Source: Acidobacteriota bacterium (GTDB lineage: Bacteria; Acidobacteriota; Polarisedimenticolia; JAPUKU01). Taken from it: a DNA stretch of 58,774 bases. Below the pieces are notes generated by a model. It did no database searches. It had not been told where the DNA came from and saw only the letters and a list, made by a program, of their open reading frames with translations. A program made the position numbers and the translations under genes. The DNA is taken from contig JAPUKU010000215.1 in NCBI GenBank assembly GCA_027295505.1, positions 1 to 58,774 of the forward strand, written 5' to 3'. Shown one piece after another: positions 55,052-58,774 of the stretch. Within the stretch, counting starts at the first letter, position 1; every line of letters starts with the position of its first letter.

Positions 55052-56296
55052 GTGATGCCAGTCAAACGGATCGCAATTCTTGGCTCCACAGGGTCGATCG
55101 GTACCAACGCGCTCCAGATCGTGCGTGAGCAACCGGGCCGTTTCGAGATCACGGCGCTTGCCGCCGGCCGTAATGTCGAGCGCCTGGCGCAGCAGGTGCG
55201 CGAGTTCCGCCCGGCCAAGGTGGCTCTCGCTGACGCCGGAGCGGCCGGGCGCTTGCGAGAGCTGCTTGGCAAAGACGCGCCCACCGTGCTCGAGGGTGCG
55301 GAGGGTGTCTGCGAGGTGGCCTGCACGACCAGCACCGAGATGGTGGTGGCGGCCATGGTCGGGGCGGCCGGAATGCGCCCCGCGCTTTGTGCGCTCGATG
55401 CAGGATGTGACGTCGCGCTTGCTAACAAAGAGGCCCTGGTCGTTGCGGGAGAGTTGATGATGGCAGCGGCGCGCAAAGGAAACGCCGCGTTGCTGCCCGT
55501 TGACAGCGAGCACAATGCGCTGCATCAATGTTTGCGGTCGGGACGGGGTAAACAGGAGGTCTCGCGCTTGATCCTGACGGCTTCGGGCGGTCCGTTCCGG
55601 CAACGGCCTCTGGACACGTTCGACACCGTTCGCGTGGAAGAGGCCCTCCGGCACCCGACCTGGAACATGGGCCGCAAGGTCACCATCGATTCCGCAACAT
55701 TGATGAACAAGGGTCTGGAGATCATCGAAGCGAGCTGGTTGTTTGGGCTGCCCGGGGAAAAGATCGACATCCTGATTCACCCGCAGAGCCTGGTCCACTC
55801 GATGGTGGAGTATGTGGACGGTTCGATCCTGGCGCAACTCAGTCCTCCGGACATGGGTCTACCGATCCAGTATGCCCTGACCTATCCGGAACGCTGGCCT
55901 ACGCGGCGCCAGCGCCTTGATCTGGCGGAGGCTCCGGCTCTCGACTTCGAAGCGCCGGACGCCGCGCGGTACCCGTGCCTGGCCCTGGCGCGCGAAGCGT
56001 TACGCAGGGGAGGGACTCACCCCGCCGCGCTCAACGCCGCCGATGAGATTGCAGTCGAGGGTTTCTTGGAAGGGCAGTTGTCTTTTTCGGGTATCACGCG
56101 GGTGCTTGAAGAAGTAATGGGGCGCTGGACTGGAACGGCGCTTACCAGCCTCGGGGTGTTCGAAGAGGCGGATCGGGAGGCCCGGGAGCTGGCGCGGGAA
56201 GCCATCCAGCAACTCAGTCACAAGGTTCCCTTGAAAAAGCAGGGGTCCAGTCACTATATTGGCCCGCGTTCCACGCCTTCCGCGTCGGGGGACTGA
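55052..56296 (+). CDS. dxr: 1-deoxy-D-xylulose-5-phosphate reductoisomerase
   Basis: 414-aa ORF with IAILGSTGSIGTNAL, LANKEALV, PVDSEHNAL and NKGLEIIEA. Confidence 0.93.
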   Translation: MMPVKRIAILGSTGSIGTNALQIVREQPGRFEITALAAGRNVERLAQQVREFRPAKVALADAGAAGRLRELLGKDAPTVLEGAEGVCEVACTTSTEMVVAAMVGAAGMRPALCALDAGCDVALANKEALVVAGELMMAAARKGNAALLPVDSEHNALHQCLRSGRGKQEVSRLILTASGGPFRQRPLDTFDTVRVEEALRHPTWNMGRKVTIDSATLMNKGLEIIEASWLFGLPGEKIDILIHPQSLVHSMVEYVDGSILAQLSPPDMGLPIQYALTYPERWPTRRQRLDLAEAPALDFEAPDAARYPCLALAREALRRGGTHPAALNAADEIAVEGFLEGQLSFSGITRVLEEVMGRWTGTALTSLGVFEEADREARELAREAIQQLSHKVPLKKQGSSHYIGPRSTPSASGD

Positions 56297-57606
56297 TGAA
56301 TTCTTCGCTCGTCTATCCGCTGGTTTTTCTGTTTGTTCTGGGGGTCGTAATCATCATCCACGAGTTCGGCCATTATGCCGTGGCCAAGCTCTTCAAGATC
56401 CGGGTCGAGGTGTTCTCATTCGGGTTTGGTCCGCGATTGTTCGGTTTCCGTCGGGGTGGTACCGATTACCGGGTTTGCGCCTTTCCCCTGGGAGGCTACG
56501 TCAAGCTCATGGGTGAATCCCCGGACGAGGAGGCTACCGGAAGCCCCAGCGAATTTCTGTCCCGGCCCAGGTATCAGCGCTTCCTAGTACTCGTCATGGG
56601 AGCCACCCTGAACGTGATTCTGGCGATAGGGCTCTGGTGGGGTGTTTACCAGGTCGGTATCGAAGAACCGGAGTTTTACCGCGACGCAGCTGTGGTGGGT
56701 GGGGTGAAAGAGGACTCGCCGGCCGCCGACGCGGGTGTTCTGCCCGGCGACCGGATCGTGGCTATCGACGGCAACCCGGTGGGCAGTTGGAAGGATCTCA
56801 ATCTCGAGATCGTTCTCAGCCCCGGGCAGCGCCGCATGCTCGAGGTCGAACGCCAGGGACAACGATTGAGCCTGGAGATTGGCCTTCTTTCGCATACACC
56901 CTACAAGATCGGCTACGCAGGCCTGGTCCCCGCCGCGGGGGTCGTGGTGCGCGAGCTCCTGCCCGGCAAACCTGCTGCGGAGGCCGATGTGCGGCCGGGT
57001 GATCAAATTCTCTCCGTCGGCGGTGAGATCGTTTACAACAGGCTAGACGTGATCGAAAAAGTGAGCGCGCGGGGTGGGGAGCGCGTGCTCCTGGGCCTGC
57101 TGCGAGATGGGCAGGAGATCGAACGCGATGTTACCGTCGAGCAGACGGATGAGGGAGGCAGGATCGGCGTCTCGCTCGGGGTGCCGAGCCGCTTGCGGCG
57201 CTACCCGCCCCTCGAGGCTTTTAGCAAGAGCCTTCAGGAAGCACGCGAGAACTCCAGCCTCCTGTTCCTGACGATCCGTAAACTGTTACGCCGTGAGCTC
57301 TCGCTGCGGACCATGTCCGGCCCCATTGACATCTACAAGTTCGTGGGCAGCGCGTGGGAGAGGGGATTCTCTGAGTTCTTTTCCTTTATGGCACTTATCT
57401 CACTTCAGTTGGGCATTATCAATCTGTTGCCCATCCCGGTACTCGACGGTGGACATATCCTTGTACTTGGCATTGAGGGCGTACTGCGCAAGGAACTCAG
57501 CCTCCGGATCAAGGAAAGAGTGATGCAGATGGGTTTTGTATTCCTGGTAGTCCTGATGGGGTTCGTAATCTACTTTGATATCGTGAAGCACTTCGAGCAG
57601 CCCTGA
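56296..57606 (+). CDS. rseP: RIP metalloprotease RseP (M50, site-2 protease) with PDZ domains
   Basis: 436-aa ORF with the HEFGHY zinc motif in the first TM helix, two PDZ-like segments (GDRIVAIDG, GDQILSVGG) and the NLLPIPVLDGGH motif. Confidence 0.9.
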   Translation: MNSSLVYPLVFLFVLGVVIIIHEFGHYAVAKLFKIRVEVFSFGFGPRLFGFRRGGTDYRVCAFPLGGYVKLMGESPDEEATGSPSEFLSRPRYQRFLVLVMGATLNVILAIGLWWGVYQVGIEEPEFYRDAAVVGGVKEDSPAADAGVLPGDRIVAIDGNPVGSWKDLNLEIVLSPGQRRMLEVERQGQRLSLEIGLLSHTPYKIGYAGLVPAAGVVVRELLPGKPAAEADVRPGDQILSVGGEIVYNRLDVIEKVSARGGERVLLGLLRDGQEIERDVTVEQTDEGGRIGVSLGVPSRLRRYPPLEAFSKSLQEARENSSLLFLTIRKLLRRELSLRTMSGPIDIYKFVGSAWERGFSEFFSFMALISLQLGIINLLPIPVLDGGHILVLGIEGVLRKELSLRIKERVMQMGFVFLVVLMGFVIYFDIVKHFEQP

Positions 57607-57613
57607 GGCTGTC

Positions 57614-58345
57614 TCAGACCTCATCCCTGTCCGTACGGCGGCAGGCCATGTAATCTGAGAACATCAACTCCCGGCACCGCCTCAACATCAACCATCGACG
57701 GTAGCAGAGCCGCAGGGATTCCGACGGCCCGGTGGCGGGAGACCGTCGTCGGCGCTGGATCTCTGTCTCCAGCCTTTTGACCTCGAGCTCCATATCCGTG
57801 AGTGCCCCTCGGAGCTTCTCGATCTGGGGGCGTTCCACCTCGACCTTGGTGAGCCGGAAGAAGAGTTCGTCCCTTTCTCTCTTCATCTCATCAAAGAGCG
57901 CGACGGGCACGAAGCCGCTCAAGGATTCCAGCAGTGCGTCCGGGCGTCGCCAACCCTCTGCAGTCCCGCTAGCCGGGCGGCGGGGTGAAGCAGGTTGCGC
58001 CGGGATCCGGGAGAGCGATAGCGAGGGCCTCCGCGAGTGAACTTTGCGTGACCTGCCGGCCCTTCGCGCGCCGCTCTCTTCGTCGGGGGAGCGCTGCGGC
58101 TCCACCGCTCGGGGTTGTGGCGGTGTCTCTGGACCGCTTCCCGTGGTCTGTTTCAGGCCGAGTTGATCCGCCAGGCGGCGCAGGCGCTCTTTTTCTTCAT
58201 CAATGCGCACGAACTCATGACTCAGATCTGTGGAGCTCGCCTTCACAGTTTCGTCCTGTGCGCCAGACTCGTCCATGCGGCTTATCGATGAGGTCTGAAA
58301 TGCCGGTTCACACTCTTTTCTATCGCGCCCTCCGATCCATGTCAA
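57614..58345 (-). CDS. hypothetical coiled-coil / low-complexity protein
   Basis: 243-aa ORF convergent with rseP, with no family recognised. It is Arg/Pro/Ser-rich in the middle with a coiled-coil-like C-terminal third. ATG 58276 is an alternative start. Confidence 0.4.
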   Translation of the reverse strand: MTWIGGRDRKECEPAFQTSSISRMDESGAQDETVKASSTDLSHEFVRIDEEKERLRRLADQLGLKQTTGSGPETPPQPRAVEPQRSPDEESGARRAGRSRKVHSRRPSLSLSRIPAQPASPRRPASGTAEGWRRPDALLESLSGFVPVALFDEMKRERDELFFRLTKVEVERPQIEKLRGALTDMELEVKRLETEIQRRRRSPATGPSESLRLCYRRWLMLRRCRELMFSDYMACRRTDRDEV

Positions 58346-58540
58346 GCACGGCAGGACGGACTCTACCGGACAGGTGTTCGGGAACAGTGATCGGATGTGA
58401 ACAGCAATGAATCCTCAGCTCAGTGCCCGTGCAGCCGCAATTCCTTGTACCGGAACAGGATCCGGAGCAAGAGCGGTTTGGCACCGGGTTTGCTCTAGTG
58501 CTCTGACGCGGCCGGTGAGGCTACCGGTCGCTTGGTGGGG

Positions 58541-58583
58541 CCCCCGGCGGTGAGGCGGTCGAGCCGCCGGGGGAAGTCTTTTT
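58541..58583 (+). terminator. GC-rich hairpin plus T-run (non-canonical spacing), orphan on the plus strand
   Basis: CCCCCGGCGG (58541-58550), 13-nt loop, CCGCCGGGGG (58564-58573), then AAGTC followed by TTTTT (58579-58583). Confidence 0.3.
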
Positions 58584-58649
58584 GTGAGCGTAACTTCTGT
58601 GTTTCCAACAACGCGTTTTAAGGACAGTTGTGACAGATAGAACAGTTAG

Positions 58650-58682
58650 TGTTGCCAGAGGTGTTGCTGGAAATGTTGCCAG
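58650..58682. repeat. three tandem 12-nt-spaced copies of TGTTGC(C/T)(A/G)G
   Basis: TGTTGCCAG (58650-58658), TGTTGCTGG (58662-58670) and TGTTGCCAG (58674-58682), in an intergenic region near the window end. Confidence 0.6.
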
Positions 58683-58774
58683 GATCCCGCGGCCGACCGG
58701 CGCATCCACCCGGCCGGGGTGTCCAGGTCGGACCCTCTCACCGAAGCTCGTCCCGGTAGGAACCTCCCGATCTC

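Noticed and set aside
58650-58682. Possible sigma54 (-24/-12) promoter within the TGTTGCCAG repeats (TGG...TTGC)
   Set aside because: The GG-to-GC spacing is about 9 nt instead of the required 12 or so on the plus strand. The minus-strand TGGCAA elements lack a correctly spaced TTGC.
1-58774. Search for CRISPR arrays, rRNA genes, intact IS elements or transposases, toxin-antitoxin pairs and known defence-system genes
   Set aside because: No regularly spaced direct repeats with spacers, no rRNA-like sequence, no transposase or DDE motifs and no recognisable defence or TA modules were seen. The only mobile-element trace is the decayed integrase at 43281-43580.

Overview
This is a 58.8-kb, high-GC (by eye about 60-65 %) bacterial chromosomal segment with almost back-to-back coding and many 4-8 nt start/stop overlaps. 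Most of it is conserved housekeeping. On the minus strand there is a zapB-like/zapA gap rny-ymdB-xseA-xseB-ispA-tlyA-nadK block, then tRNA-Val-thrS-infC-rpmI-rplT-pheS-pheT, then dnaB-alr-radA. On the plus strand there is RNase P RNA (type A), then truA-galE-uppS-cdsA-dxr-rseP. Metabolic and proteolytic genes fill the rest: P5C dehydrogenase, a DmpA-type aminopeptidase, an amidohydrolase, and an AOR-family protein coupled to mobA. Also present are a type I-beta DAHP synthase, an MBL hydrolase, carA, a putrescine-type aminotransferase, an M16 peptidase pair, an M20 peptidase and LdcA. Secreted or envelope proteins include an outer-membrane beta-barrel, TPR proteins, a TPR plus double retropepsin-like protease and two tandem GWxTD-domain paralogues. 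That gene content suggests an Acidobacteriota-like organism, which is inference only. I see no CRISPR array, no intact mobile element and no obvious multi-gene defence or secretion system. The observations most worth a second look are listed here. (1) An unannotated 38-aa hyper-basic sORF with its own promoter, leader hairpin, SD and terminator. (2) A 6S-RNA-like rod of about 189 nt directly downstream of zapA. (3) An AOR-family protein that has lost all [4Fe-4S] cysteine ligands and is coupled to mobA. (4) A low-GC island of about 1.2 kb carrying a decayed tyrosine-integrase gene between dnaB and trmJ. (5) Long structured non-coding stretches upstream of the aminotransferase gene and at the right end of the window. 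All functional calls come from motif and family recognition by eye, and no database search was run.
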